Below, in pieces: positions 55,265 through 64,000 of a DNA stretch of 64,000 bases; the first letter of the stretch is position 1, and each line of letters opens with the position of its first letter. The DNA is taken from contig JAZQFC010000037.1 in the NCBI GenBank assembly GCA_045539315.1, positions 90,534 through 154,533 of the forward strand, read 5' to 3'. The notes under the pieces are model-generated. The model ran no database searches. It was not told the origin of the DNA and was given only the letters and a program-made list of their open reading frames with translations. This DNA comes from Acutalibacteraceae bacterium (lineage in GTDB: Bacteria; Bacillota; Clostridia; Oscillospirales; Acutalibacteraceae). A program made the position numbers and the translations under genes.

Positions 55265-56659
55265 TTAAAAACAAATTTTGCCTGGGTTTAGAATATTTTT
55301 ATCATCAAATGCTTTTTTGATTTGTTGCATTAAAACAATAGGTGTTTCGCCATATTGCTTTTTCAAAAATTCTTTTTTAGCATAGCCAATACCATGCTCG
55401 CCTGAAACTAAACCACCTAATTCTTCTGCTCTATTATACATTTTATCAAAACAAGCGGTTAAAGTTTCTTCCCAGTCTTTATCAGACAAATCATCTCTGC
55501 AGATATACACGTGCAAGTTGCCATCGCCTGCGTGACCAAATGATGGAATACGCACTTTAAATTCATCTGCAAGTGTATGAGTATATTTAATAAACTCATC
55601 AACCTGACTTACAGGCACAACAACATCGCACTCATCCATTTCGGTAGTAGATGCTTTTATAGCCTCTAAAAATGCGCCACGAGCAGACCAAACCGAAGTT
55701 TTGCGCTCATCTGTATCAACGATATACGCATCAATTGCGCCAATTTCAAGGCACAAATCAGCAACAGTAGTTAAATCTGCTTGTACCTGCGCTTCGGTGT
55801 TGCCATCAAATGTTAAAAGTATATACGCATCATTTTTAGTATCAGGGAATTTTTTACCTAGATAATCTTCAGAGAAAAGAATTGTATCTCTTGACATATA
55901 TTCTATAGCAGTTGGAATAACTTTTGAACGGAAAATTTTTGGCACCGATTCAATAGCGCTTTTCATATCAGAAAATGGCACTAAAAGTGATGTTGAAACT
56001 TTTGGAAGCGGTACTAATTTTAAAACCGCTTCGCAGATAATACAAAGAGTACCTTCAGAGCCGATAACCAAATCTTTTAAAGAATAACCTGAACTGTTTT
56101 TAGCAACTGTTGCGCCAAGTTTTAAAATCTCGCCATTTGGCATTACAACAGTAAGCGAGCGAACATAATCTCTTGTTACACCGTATTTAACCGCTCTCAT
56201 ACCACCTGCATTTGTTGAAATATTGCCACCAATTGTTGCAGATTTTTCGCCTGGGTCTGGTGGATAAAGAAAATCATTTTCTTCACAAAATTGCGCTAGT
56301 TCCATCAACAAAACACCAGGTTGAACGGTAACTGTTGAATTATTTTCATCAAGTTCTAAAATTTTATTCATTTTGGTGGTTTCAAGCAAAATGCCACCTT
56401 CTATTGCAACTGCAGAGCCTACAAGACCTGTGCCGCTACCACGAACAGTTACAGGAATTTCTCGCGCATAAGCGTGTTTCATAATCTGCGAGACCTGTTC
56501 GGTAGATGTAACTCTAACCAAAACTTCAGGCATTTTGTAGGTGCCACCTAACTCATCATGAGCATAATCAGGATTTATCGCATCGCCAACAAAAACTTGC
56601 GCTTCGCCAACGATATTTTGCAAAACTTTAATATCATCTGAACAAACTTTGTTATACAT
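55265..56659 (-). CDS. FAD-linked oxidase (GlcD/LctD-type lactate dehydrogenase)
   Basis: 464 aa with an FAD-binding PCMH domain ([12 protein letters not shown]) and C-terminal GEHGIG. 1-nt overlap with etfA. Confidence 0.85.
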   Translation of the reverse strand: MYNKVCSDDIKVLQNIVGEAQVFVGDAINPDYAHDELGGTYKMPEVLVRVTSTEQVSQIMKHAYAREIPVTVRGSGTGLVGSAVAIEGGILLETTKMNKILELDENNSTVTVQPGVLLMELAQFCEENDFLYPPDPGEKSATIGGNISTNAGGMRAVKYGVTRDYVRSLTVVMPNGEILKLGATVAKNSSGYSLKDLVIGSEGTLCIICEAVLKLVPLPKVSTSLLVPFSDMKSAIESVPKIFRSKVIPTAIEYMSRDTILFSEDYLGKKFPDTKNDAYILLTFDGNTEAQVQADLTTVADLCLEIGAIDAYIVDTDERKTSVWSARGAFLEAIKASTTEMDECDVVVPVSQVDEFIKYTHTLADEFKVRIPSFGHAGDGNLHVYICRDDLSDKDWEETLTACFDKMYNRAEELGGLVSGEHGIGYAKKEFLKKQYGETPIVLMQQIKKAFDDKNILNPGKICF

Positions 56660-57843
56660 TACGACTCCTCCTTAATCTTTTTAATAAGTTTTGGCACGAT
56701 TTCATTAACATCTCCAACAATTTGATAATGAGCAACATCAAAAATAGGTGCCGATTTATCTGTGTTTATAGCGACAATGCAATCAGAAGACTTCATACCT
56801 GCGGCAAACTGAACTGCACCTGAAATACCTAAACAAAATATAAGTTTTGGTTTTACAGTTCTGCCTGAAAGACCAATTTGATGTTTAGCATCAAAAATAT
56901 TTGATTCAACCATAGGTCTTGTACAAGCAACAACGCCACCTAAAGCCTGTGCAAGTTCTTCTGCTTTTTCTCTCATTGCTTCAGACGATGCACCACGACC
57001 AACTGCAACAATTACATCTGCTTCTGAAATATCAATATCTTTTGGTTTAGATTTTGAATCAATTACATCAATTGCAGATATACGCATCTCATCTGTAACA
57101 TTCATTTTAACGATTTCGCCATTTGCTTCTTGAGTTCTTTGAGGCTCATTAAACACTTTATATCTTGCAGTGCAAAACTGCGGTCTTGTATTTGGTGTGA
57201 TAATCTGCGCCATAATATTACCACCAAAAGCAGGACGAATCTGCACTAAATCTGTATTTTCTTTCATTTGAAGAACAGTACAGTCTGCAGTAAGACCTGT
57301 TTTGCATCTAGCGGCAACTCTTGGCGCTAATTGCCTACCAAGATTAGTAGCGCCAACTAAAATTGAAGATGGCTTAATATTTTCAACAAAATCATAAAAC
57401 GCCGCTGTATAAGGCTCGATTCTGAATTCGCTGAAAGCCTTGTCGTCATAAACAAAAACTTTCTGGACGCCATAATGCAAAAGTTCACTTGCGCACTCTT
57501 CAACATTATAGCCTATCAAAATTGCATAAACTTTATGCTTTGTAACTTCGGCTAATTCTTTTGCCTTGCCACAAAGTTCATATGTAACGCGATGAATTTT
57601 ACCGCCTGTGCAGTCGGCATAAACGCAAATGCCATTCCACAAAGATTTATCAATTTCTTTTGCATCTTCAACAAAATCAATTACACCTGCGCCTTTTCTC
57701 ACGCACATTTTACACATTTTACACGCAGATGAAATTTCCAAAGTATCATTCTCATAAGAAATTGCATTAAAAGGGCAAAGATTTATAACCGCTTGCGCGC
57801 TTTCTGGTGTTACTAACTTTTTATTTACAACTAGTTTTCCCAT
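56659..57843 (-). CDS. etfA: Electron transfer flavoprotein alpha subunit with an N-terminal ferredoxin-like Cys cluster (LctC-type)
   Basis: 394 aa. N-terminal CPFNAI...CKMCKMC, then the EtfA core ([12 protein letters not shown]). Confidence 0.87.
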   Translation of the reverse strand: MGKLVVNKKLVTPESAQAVINLCPFNAISYENDTLEISSACKMCKMCVRKGAGVIDFVEDAKEIDKSLWNGICVYADCTGGKIHRVTYELCGKAKELAEVTKHKVYAILIGYNVEECASELLHYGVQKVFVYDDKAFSEFRIEPYTAAFYDFVENIKPSSILVGATNLGRQLAPRVAARCKTGLTADCTVLQMKENTDLVQIRPAFGGNIMAQIITPNTRPQFCTARYKVFNEPQRTQEANGEIVKMNVTDEMRISAIDVIDSKSKPKDIDISEADVIVAVGRGASSEAMREKAEELAQALGGVVACTRPMVESNIFDAKHQIGLSGRTVKPKLIFCLGISGAVQFAAGMKSSDCIVAINTDKSAPIFDVAHYQIVGDVNEIVPKLIKKIKEES

Positions 57844-57856
57844 CTCATCTTCCCCC

Positions 57857-58645
57857 TTATATCATTTTATTCTCACGCAAGATGTTAAACAATTCTTGAG
57901 TTTGTTCATCTGCAGAGCCTGTGATTTCTCTTTTTTCTGCTAATTTTTCAGGTGGAAAAATTCTCTCAACTTGAGTAGCAGAGCCTGTTAAACCATAGTT
58001 ATCAGGATTCTGGTCATCAAAATCTTCAAATGTGAAGAATTTAACCGCACTGTCATCAAGTTGCTTTTTAACTTTATAAGATGGCAGTCTAGGAGTGTTT
58101 ATATCGCCATCAACCGAAATCAAACAAGGCAAATTAACGCTCATTTTAACTACCTTTTCATCTAAAGAAGCGGTAACATAAACTTTGCCATCTTTCACAT
58201 CATCAACAGATAAAACATTAGAAACATTAGGTATATTCAAATACTCGGCAACCTCTGCGCCAACTTGAGCAGTATCGCCATCGGTGGTTTGTTTACCACA
58301 AATAATCAAATCAAACTCGCCACATTTTCTAATGCCTTGAGATAAAGTATAAGCAGTTGCCAAAACATCTGCGCCTGCAAATTTTCTATCTGTTAACACA
58401 ACGCCACTTTCAGCGCCCATACAAACAGTTTCTAAAATAACTTCTTTTGCTTGTGGTGGGCCCATAGTGATACTGTTAACGCTACCGCCATATTTTTCAG
58501 AAAGTGTTAACGCAGTTTCAATAGCATACAAATCATAAGGATTGATTTTACTTGCTATTCCGCTACGCTTCAAAACACCTGTTACAGGGTCAACTTCAAC
58601 ATTGTTAGACCCAGGCACTTGCTTAACGCAAATAAGAATTTTCAT
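57857..58645 (-). CDS. etfB: Electron transfer flavoprotein beta subunit (LctB-type)
   Basis: 262 aa with MKILICVKQVPG and ICGKQTTDGDTAQVG. Confidence 0.9.
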   Translation of the reverse strand: MKILICVKQVPGSNNVEVDPVTGVLKRSGIASKINPYDLYAIETALTLSEKYGGSVNSITMGPPQAKEVILETVCMGAESGVVLTDRKFAGADVLATAYTLSQGIRKCGEFDLIICGKQTTDGDTAQVGAEVAEYLNIPNVSNVLSVDDVKDGKVYVTASLDEKVVKMSVNLPCLISVDGDINTPRLPSYKVKKQLDDSAVKFFTFEDFDDQNPDNYGLTGSATQVERIFPPEKLAEKREITGSADEQTQELFNILRENKMI

Positions 58646-58677
58646 GATAAGTTCTCTCCATTTATATATAATAAAGA

Positions 58678-58706
58678 ATTATACCATAATTAACTACTGT
58701 TTTCAA
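58678..58706 (-). promoter_or_regulatory. Strong candidate promoter for etfB-etfA-ldh
   Basis: On the minus strand: TTGAAA (58706-58701), 17-nt spacer, TGgTATAAT (-10 at 58683-58678). A GGAGAG RBS precedes the ATG. Confidence 0.55.
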
Positions 58707-58718
58707 GCAATTTCCAAC

Positions 58719-58749
58719 AAAAAAAGGCAGGTTTAGCCTGCCTTTTTTG
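58719..58749 (-). terminator. Terminator immediately after larA
   Basis: Stem AGGCAGG (58725-58731) / CCTGCCT (58737-58743) with a T-run on the minus strand. Confidence 0.75.
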
Positions 58750-60027
58750 TTATTTTGTAACCATAACTGCAATTCCATCAGGAATTGCCACTATTGATGC
58801 ATCGCTTTTGTTTATTATCTCTTTAGCCTTTCTTATTGCTTCATCTAAAGAATGAGCAGGTATCATATGCATATTTTCAACCATTTCATCAGGCATTTCT
58901 GAAACATAAATAACTTTTGAGCGAAGCAAAATCCTAACTAAAATCTGCGACTGCCATTGGTCTGGTTTAGTTTCTTCTCTGCCACGCGATAAAAACAACT
59001 GCATTGTTTTATTGATATCTTTTTCATCGGCTAACTGATGGTAAAAATGGTCGCCACCGGTACCATCGGTTGAACTAGCGAGCATTATAATTACGCCGCC
59101 TTGTTTTACAGTTGACTCTGCCGCGGTCATACCTTTAACTGCTTGATAAACATTTTGGTCAAGTGGATAACCACCGTTTGTTGAAATAACAATATCGGCT
59201 TCTTTTGCTTTTGCGCCACAAAGTGTATTAAGAAAATCTGTACCGTTTTTGTGCGCTTTTTCAACATCGCCTGCAACTGCATAAATAACTTTTTTCTCGG
59301 CATTCAAAACAACATTAACTATAAACGCTAAATTCGCCTGTTTTGCCGCCCAGAGCATATCTTTATGAATCGGATTATTCTCTAAAACACCTGTACGAGC
59401 ATAATCGTTTGCAATAAACTCTGAACAATGGTTGCTAAGCACAGTTTTTCTACTGCAAACACCAGGTAACACGCTTTTTCTACCGCCTGAAAAACCTGCA
59501 AAGAAATGAGGCTCAATAAAGCCTTCTGCAACCAGCAAATCGGCGTTTACTGCGATAGAATTTACTTCGCATTTACCACCCGATGGCAATGTGCCGATAT
59601 CTGTTAATTTATCAGTTTCAAGACAGTCGTGTATGTAAATATTTTCGTTTTTTACTATTTCCTCGCCAAATTTTGAAACCAATTCTTCTTTTGTAGTTTC
59701 TCTATGACAACCTGTTGCAATTAAAATTGTGATATTAGCATCAGGGTTTCCTTTTCTGATTTCTCTCAACATTATTGGCATAATCACTTTGCTAGGCACA
59801 GGGCGAGTATGGTCAGAAGCGATAATTACAACTTCCTGTTTGCCCTTTGAAAGTTCACTCAAACTTTCAGAGCCGATAGGATTTGCAACTGCATTTTCAA
59901 CCAAGGTAATCTCATCGGCAGTTGGAGTATATTCTTCAACAGAAGAAGTAAGCACACCGATTAAATTTTCATCTTTAAAATCATATTCTAACATTTGTTT
60001 TCCATAAGGAAATGAAATTTTACTCAT
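58750..60027 (-). CDS. larA: Nickel-dependent lactate racemase LarA family
   Basis: 425 aa with SDHTRPVP, ATGCHR and FSGGRKS blocks characteristic of LarA. Confidence 0.85.
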   Translation of the reverse strand: MSKISFPYGKQMLEYDFKDENLIGVLTSSVEEYTPTADEITLVENAVANPIGSESLSELSKGKQEVVIIASDHTRPVPSKVIMPIMLREIRKGNPDANITILIATGCHRETTKEELVSKFGEEIVKNENIYIHDCLETDKLTDIGTLPSGGKCEVNSIAVNADLLVAEGFIEPHFFAGFSGGRKSVLPGVCSRKTVLSNHCSEFIANDYARTGVLENNPIHKDMLWAAKQANLAFIVNVVLNAEKKVIYAVAGDVEKAHKNGTDFLNTLCGAKAKEADIVISTNGGYPLDQNVYQAVKGMTAAESTVKQGGVIIMLASSTDGTGGDHFYHQLADEKDINKTMQLFLSRGREETKPDQWQSQILVRILLRSKVIYVSEMPDEMVENMHMIPAHSLDEAIRKAKEIINKSDASIVAIPDGIAVMVTK

Positions 60028-60031
60028 AATA

Positions 60032-60583
60032 TCACTCCTTTTCAGATTTTGGTCTAAATTTATTTAAAATCGCCATAATGCACGGTATAAGTATAAGTTG
60101 CAAAACAATACCCGGCAAAGCATCAACAAAACCACCCATTAAAAATGCATAAAAACCAAATTTTGAACTACCAATACCAAGCAAAAGTGTTTTCACAACG
60201 CCCCAGACAACTCTACCTGAAATCATTGAAACTATCAAAGAAATATAAACTGTTTTAACGCTTTTTTGCTTAAATCTAGAATACAAAAGTCCAATTACCA
60301 AACCATAAGTTGCAAGTTCAAAAGCCATCCAAACAGCATTTGGATAAATAGGTGGCATACCAAAAGTTAATGCTCTGAAAATTGGTAAGATAAACCCTGT
60401 TATTGCCCCATATTTTGCACCGCAAATAAGACCGCAAAGCAAAATTGGAATATGCATTGGCAAAAGCGAATCGCCTATCTCTTTTACAGAAGCAGTAAAC
60501 AATGGCAAAACAACACCGATGCTCAAAAACATCGCCGATAATATTAACTTTTTAAGACTGCTATTAACATACAGTTTTTCCAT
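60032..60583 (-). CDS. Small polytopic membrane protein, probable ECF-transporter S-component
   Basis: 183 aa, 5-6 TM helices, LLPMHIPILLCGLICGAKYG block. Its last codons carry the AAGGAG RBS of larA (4-nt gap). Confidence 0.55.
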   Translation of the reverse strand: MEKLYVNSSLKKLILSAMFLSIGVVLPLFTASVKEIGDSLLPMHIPILLCGLICGAKYGAITGFILPIFRALTFGMPPIYPNAVWMAFELATYGLVIGLLYSRFKQKSVKTVYISLIVSMISGRVVWGVVKTLLLGIGSSKFGFYAFLMGGFVDALPGIVLQLILIPCIMAILNKFRPKSEKE

Positions 60584-60636
60584 AATATCACGCCCTTTTT
60601 AGACAGTATAACACATATTAAAAACAAAAGCAACAA

Positions 60637-60670
60637 AACAAAAGCCTGTCTTAAAAAAGACAGGCTTTTG
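60637..60670 (-). terminator. Terminator after the DtxR-like gene
   Basis: 11-bp stem AAAGCCTGTCT / AGACAGGCTTT with a T-rich tail on the minus strand. Confidence 0.8.
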
Positions 60671-60673
60671 AAA

Positions 60674-61036
60674 TTATTTTTGAATAAATTTTTTTATTGC
60701 GTCAAACGCTTCATCGCTGATAAAATGCTCTATTTTACAAGCGTCTTCCGTTGCAATGCTACTTTCAACACCTAATTTTATAAGACACTCGGTTAAAATA
60801 GTATGTCTTTCATAAACTTTTTTGGCAATTTTCTCGCCTTTTTCCAAAAGGGTAATAAAGCCATCTTTATTCATCTCGATAAGACCTTTTTCACGAAGGT
60901 TTTTCATTGCAACTGAAACCGATGGTTTTGAAAAGCCTAGTTCATTGGCAATATCAATTGAACGAACTTTACTGCCTTTTAAAGACAAAACATAAATTGT
61001 TTCTAAATAGTTTTCAGCAGATTCTAAAACTTTCAT
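60674..61036 (-). CDS. DtxR/MntR-family metal-dependent transcriptional regulator (short form)
   Basis: 120 aa with ENYLETIYVL and the HTH SIDIANELGFSKPSVSVAMKNLREKGLI. Confidence 0.85.
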   Translation of the reverse strand: MKVLESAENYLETIYVLSLKGSKVRSIDIANELGFSKPSVSVAMKNLREKGLIEMNKDGFITLLEKGEKIAKKVYERHTILTECLIKLGVESSIATEDACKIEHFISDEAFDAIKKFIQK

Positions 61037-61057
61037 TTGAAGTCCTCCTAATTAGCC

Positions 61058-62422
61058 TTATCTTTCACTAAATGGAATATACTCTCTGCGCTCGCCCACT
61101 GCCTTGTAAGCAGGACGGATGATTTTACCGGCATTGATAAGTTCTTCCATTCTGTGAGCCGACCAACCTGAAATTCTTGCAATAGCAAAAAGCGGTGTGA
61201 ACAACTCTCTTGGAATACCAAGCATTTCATAAACAAAACCAGAATAAAAGTCAACATTTGCGCTAACGCCTTTATACATTTTCTTGCTACCTGAAATAAG
61301 ATTTGGCGCAATTGCAGCAACCGAATTATAAAGTTTAAACTCATCTTCTCTGTGTTTTTCTTTGGACAAAGTTTCAACAAATTGTTTGAATACATTTGCT
61401 CTTGGGTCTGACTTTGAATAAACCGCGTGACCGATACCATAAACCAAGCCTGTTTTATCAAACGCTTCTTTATTAAGAATCTTTTGAATATAGCATTCAA
61501 TCTCTTCCATGTCATTCCAATCGCGAACATTCTCTTTGATATTATCAAGCATACCACAAACTTTAATGTTTGCACCGCCGTGTTTTGGACCTTTTAATGA
61601 GCCAAGCGCCGCAGAAATTGCCGCATAAGTATCAGTACCAGAAGATGTTACAACGTGGGTTGTAAAACTTGAGTTGTTACCGCCGCCATGCTCTGCGTGT
61701 AAAATAAGCGCAATATCAAGAATTTTTGCTTCTAAATGAGTAAACTTTGAGTCAGGACGAAGCATATGCAAAATATTCTCTGCAATTGAATAATCAGGGT
61801 TTGGGTCATGCATAAAGAAACTCTTATTGCCCTTGATATAATAATTATAAGCCTGATAACTATAAACTGTAAGTTGCGGGAACATTGCAATAAGTTGCAA
61901 ACATTGGCGCAAAACATTTGGCAAACTTGTATCATCAGGGTTGTGGTCATAAGAATAAAGAGTTAAAACACTTCTTGCAAGCGAGTTCATCATATTTTCA
62001 CTTGGTGCTTTCATAATAACATCTCTTGCAAATGATGTTGGCAAAGTAGCATAGCCATTGAGAATGTTTTTAAACTCGGCTAACTCTTTCTTGTTTGGCA
62101 ACTGACCCATAAGCAAAAGATAAGTGATTTCTTCAAAACCAAATCTATCATCTTTTATAAGGTCGTTAACAATATCATAAATATTATAACCCCTATATAT
62201 AAGTTCGCCATCGATAGGAACAACCTGACCGTTTACAAAATCTTTTGACTTAATCTCTGAAATCTCTGTAAGACCTGTAAGAACGCCATTACCATTTAAG
62301 TCACGAAGACCCCTGTTTACAGCGAATTTTTTATATAAATCTTTATCAATAATATTGTTGTTAACACAAATTTCAGAAAGATTTGAAATCTCTGGAGTTA
62401 TAATAGAATAATCTTTTTTCAC
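61058..62422 (-). CDS. Citrate synthase family protein
   Basis: 454 aa from the GTG at 62422 (AGGAGG 7 nt upstream) with GHAVYSKSDPRA and HGGANIKV motifs. The track ORF start at 62482 would overlap the MarR gene. Confidence 0.88.
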   Translation of the reverse strand: MKKDYSIITPEISNLSEICVNNNIIDKDLYKKFAVNRGLRDLNGNGVLTGLTEISEIKSKDFVNGQVVPIDGELIYRGYNIYDIVNDLIKDDRFGFEEITYLLLMGQLPNKKELAEFKNILNGYATLPTSFARDVIMKAPSENMMNSLARSVLTLYSYDHNPDDTSLPNVLRQCLQLIAMFPQLTVYSYQAYNYYIKGNKSFFMHDPNPDYSIAENILHMLRPDSKFTHLEAKILDIALILHAEHGGGNNSSFTTHVVTSSGTDTYAAISAALGSLKGPKHGGANIKVCGMLDNIKENVRDWNDMEEIECYIQKILNKEAFDKTGLVYGIGHAVYSKSDPRANVFKQFVETLSKEKHREDEFKLYNSVAAIAPNLISGSKKMYKGVSANVDFYSGFVYEMLGIPRELFTPLFAIARISGWSAHRMEELINAGKIIRPAYKAVGERREYIPFSER

Positions 62423-62447
62423 TTCGACACCTCCTAATAAATGTCTG

Positions 62448-62927
62448 TTATCTATTTTCTTTAATTTCATCATCAAAGGCATTTAATATAAGTTCAGACA
62501 AATGCAAAAACTGAATAATGTTTTCTCTGCCAACTCTATCATAAACCTTTAAAATGAAATCGTGAATAATTTTATCATTTTCTTGTTTTACTTCTACACC
62601 TTTTTCAGTTATGAAAACCAATGTGTTTCTTCTGTTTTCTTTTTCAACCTCTCTGGTGATAAGGCCTTTTTTCTCTAATGCGTTTAAAGTTTTTGTAATC
62701 GAAGGCGCAGTAATTTTAAGCCTTTTTGTTAAATTAGAAACTCTCACATAAGTATTTTCTTCTTTTTCAATGATTTTAGATAAAACTTTAAGCATAGTGT
62801 ATTCACTTGAATTAATACCTTTATGAATAGGATTAAAACTCATTGAATGAAGTTTTTTAACTTTAGAAAGAATATCTATTTCTTCGTGTAACAAAACTAT
62901 TCCCCCACTCGAATTATGTCGAAACAT
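62448..62927 (-). CDS. MarR-family transcriptional regulator
   Basis: 159 aa with the wHTH VSNLTKRLKITAPSITKTLNALEKKGLITRE. The true start may be the internal TTG 11 codons downstream, preceded by GGGGGA. Confidence 0.82.
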   Translation of the reverse strand: MFRHNSSGGIVLLHEEIDILSKVKKLHSMSFNPIHKGINSSEYTMLKVLSKIIEKEENTYVRVSNLTKRLKITAPSITKTLNALEKKGLITREVEKENRRNTLVFITEKGVEVKQENDKIIHDFILKVYDRVGRENIIQFLHLSELILNAFDDEIKENR

Positions 62928-62982
62928 TTAGCCTGGCTAATTATTAACCTTGTTTATATTACCATACTAAACCAATTAAAAT

Positions 62983-62999
62983 GTTAACAAATTGTGAAC
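62983..62999. promoter_or_regulatory. Near-perfect palindrome, candidate MarR operator
   Basis: GTTAACAA-A-TTGTGAAC (7 of 8 positions symmetric), about 56-72 nt upstream of the MarR start. It is nested between 9-bp inverted arms AACCTTGTT (62946-62954) / AACAAGGTT (62997-63005). Confidence 0.35.
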
Positions 63000-63037
63000 A
63001 AGGTTTATACTTTACTTAAATTATACCCTTTTTAACG

Positions 63038-63070
63038 CAAAAACCACTCGTCAAAAAACGAGTGGTTTTT
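63038..63070 (-). terminator. Terminator after the GH94 gene
   Basis: 10-bp stem AAACCACTCG / CGAGTGGTTT with a T-run on the minus strand. Confidence 0.8.
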
Positions 63071-63083
63071 AATTTCTTTGTTT

Positions 63084-64000
63084 TTAACCCATAATAACTT
63101 TTACTTCGCGAACTTTATTGCCAACAGGTTTGATAGCGCCGAATGGCACTTCTTCGCCATCAACAATAAGTTTTGCAACACCTTTTTGCGCTTTTGCGCT
63201 GTTATCAACTGTGATATTGAAAGTGTCGCCTCTGAATTTACGAGTAACTGTAAATTCAGTAATATCATCAGGAAGGCAAGGGTCAACTACAAGACCATCA
63301 TAATCAGGTTTGATACCTAGAATAAATCTTGAAACATTATAGAAAGTCCAAGCCGCAGTACCTGTAAGCCATGAGTTTTTAGCCTCGCCATGATTTTTAG
63401 CATCTCTACCTGCAATCATTTGTGAGTAAACATAAGGCTCTGTTCTGTGAACTTCAGAAATATCCTCTAAATAAGCAGGGCAAGTTTTTCTATAAACTTC
63501 AAACGCTCTATTACCTCTGCCTACAACTGTTTCTGCAATTGAAACCCAAGGGTTATTATGACAGAAAATACCGCCATTCTCTTTATATCCCGGTGGATAT
63601 GAAGAAATCTCGCCAAGTTCAATATGATAACGTGTGTAAGATGGGCTATTAAGCACGATACCATATTTAGTATCAAGATATTTTTCAACAGACTCTAAAG
63701 CCTTTAATGCTCTGCCATCTTCAACACCGATACCTGCCATTACGCAGAAGCCTTGTGGCTCAATAAAGATTTTACCTTCATCACATTCTTTTGAACCGAT
63801 TTTGTTGCTATAAGCGTCATAAGCACGAACAAACCATTCGCCGTCCCAACCTGCAGTGAGCACTGCTTCGGTCATTTCATCAATTGCTTTTTGAGCGGCT
63901 TTTGCTTCTTCAACAAGTCCTTTTTGTTCGCACATTCTAATATAATCAGGGCCAACTGCAACAAACATACCTGCAATAAATACAGATTCAGCAACAGGAC
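63084..64000 (-). CDS. GH94 cellobiose/cellodextrin phosphorylase, C-terminal part (5-prime end outside the window)
   Basis: The frame stays open to the window edge. [26 protein letters not shown] and [10 protein letters not shown] blocks are typical of GH94. Confidence 0.85.
   Translation of the reverse strand, partial: PVAESVFIAGMFVAVGPDYIRMCEQKGLVEEAKAAQKAIDEMTEAVLTAGWDGEWFVRAYDAYSNKIGSKECDEGKIFIEPQGFCVMAGIGVEDGRALKALESVEKYLDTKYGIVLNSPSYTRYHIELGEISSYPPGYKENGGIFCHNNPWVSIAETVVGRGNRAFEVYRKTCPAYLEDISEVHRTEPYVYSQMIAGRDAKNHGEAKNSWLTGTAAWTFYNVSRFILGIKPDYDGLVVDPCLPDDITEFTVTRKFRGDTFNITVDNSAKAQKGVAKLIVDGEEVPFGAIKPVGNKVREVKVIMG

Noticed and set aside
1-64000. Search for rRNA, tRNA, CRISPR arrays, transposases, integrases and phage genes.
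   Set aside because: There are no cloverleaf-like GC-rich segments, no regularly spaced direct repeats, and no DDE or tyrosine-recombinase-like ORFs. Every long ORF is accounted for by metabolic, envelope or housekeeping functions.

Overview
AT-rich Firmicutes (Clostridia-like) chromosomal segment with about 57 protein genes. All except five (4560, 9306, 47968, 52917, 53151) are on the minus strand. I saw no rRNA, tRNA, CRISPR array, transposase or integrase. Left part (0-10 kb): a secreted repeat protein, metY, murC, an orphan family-5 solute-binding lipoprotein, and a LysR-flanked operon encoding an ATP-grasp ligase, a DctM-like permease and a 90-aa membrane protein. Centre (10.2-35.6 kb): a 25-gene Wzx/Wzy-type polysaccharide operon, all on one strand, running from a consensus promoter at 35543-35571 to a terminator at 10202-10234. 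It encodes a priming sugar-phosphate transferase, rfbA, rfbB and rfbC plus an atypical SDR, two GT4 enzymes, Wzy, Wzx, ugd and a UDP-glucuronate 4-epimerase. It also carries a DegT aminotransferase, two acetyltransferases and LicD. Unusually, it contains three ATP-grasp carboxylate-amine ligases (two of them TupA-like), a class I aminotransferase and an APC amino-acid permease embedded in the operon. Right part (35.6-64 kb): a GH5 lipoprotein, a serine hydrolase, a yabO-like gene, hup, mazG, an MTA/SAH nucleosidase, hemZ, an MBL hydrolase, relA, recJ, fruK, an OPT transporter with an overlapping PqqD-like gene, pepD and feoAB. It continues with a lactate module (larA, etfB, etfA, FAD-dependent lactate dehydrogenase), a MarR/citrate synthase/DtxR-like unit and a truncated GH94 phosphorylase. 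The best candidate for an undescribed system is the polysaccharide locus, which looks built to make an amino-acid-decorated uronic-acid glycan with its own substrate importer. Secondary candidates are a decayed DegT remnant with direct repeats flanking an acetyltransferase cassette, the transporter-coupled ATP-grasp operon, and the OPT/PqqD pair. All family assignments come from motif recognition by eye and need HMM or BLAST confirmation.
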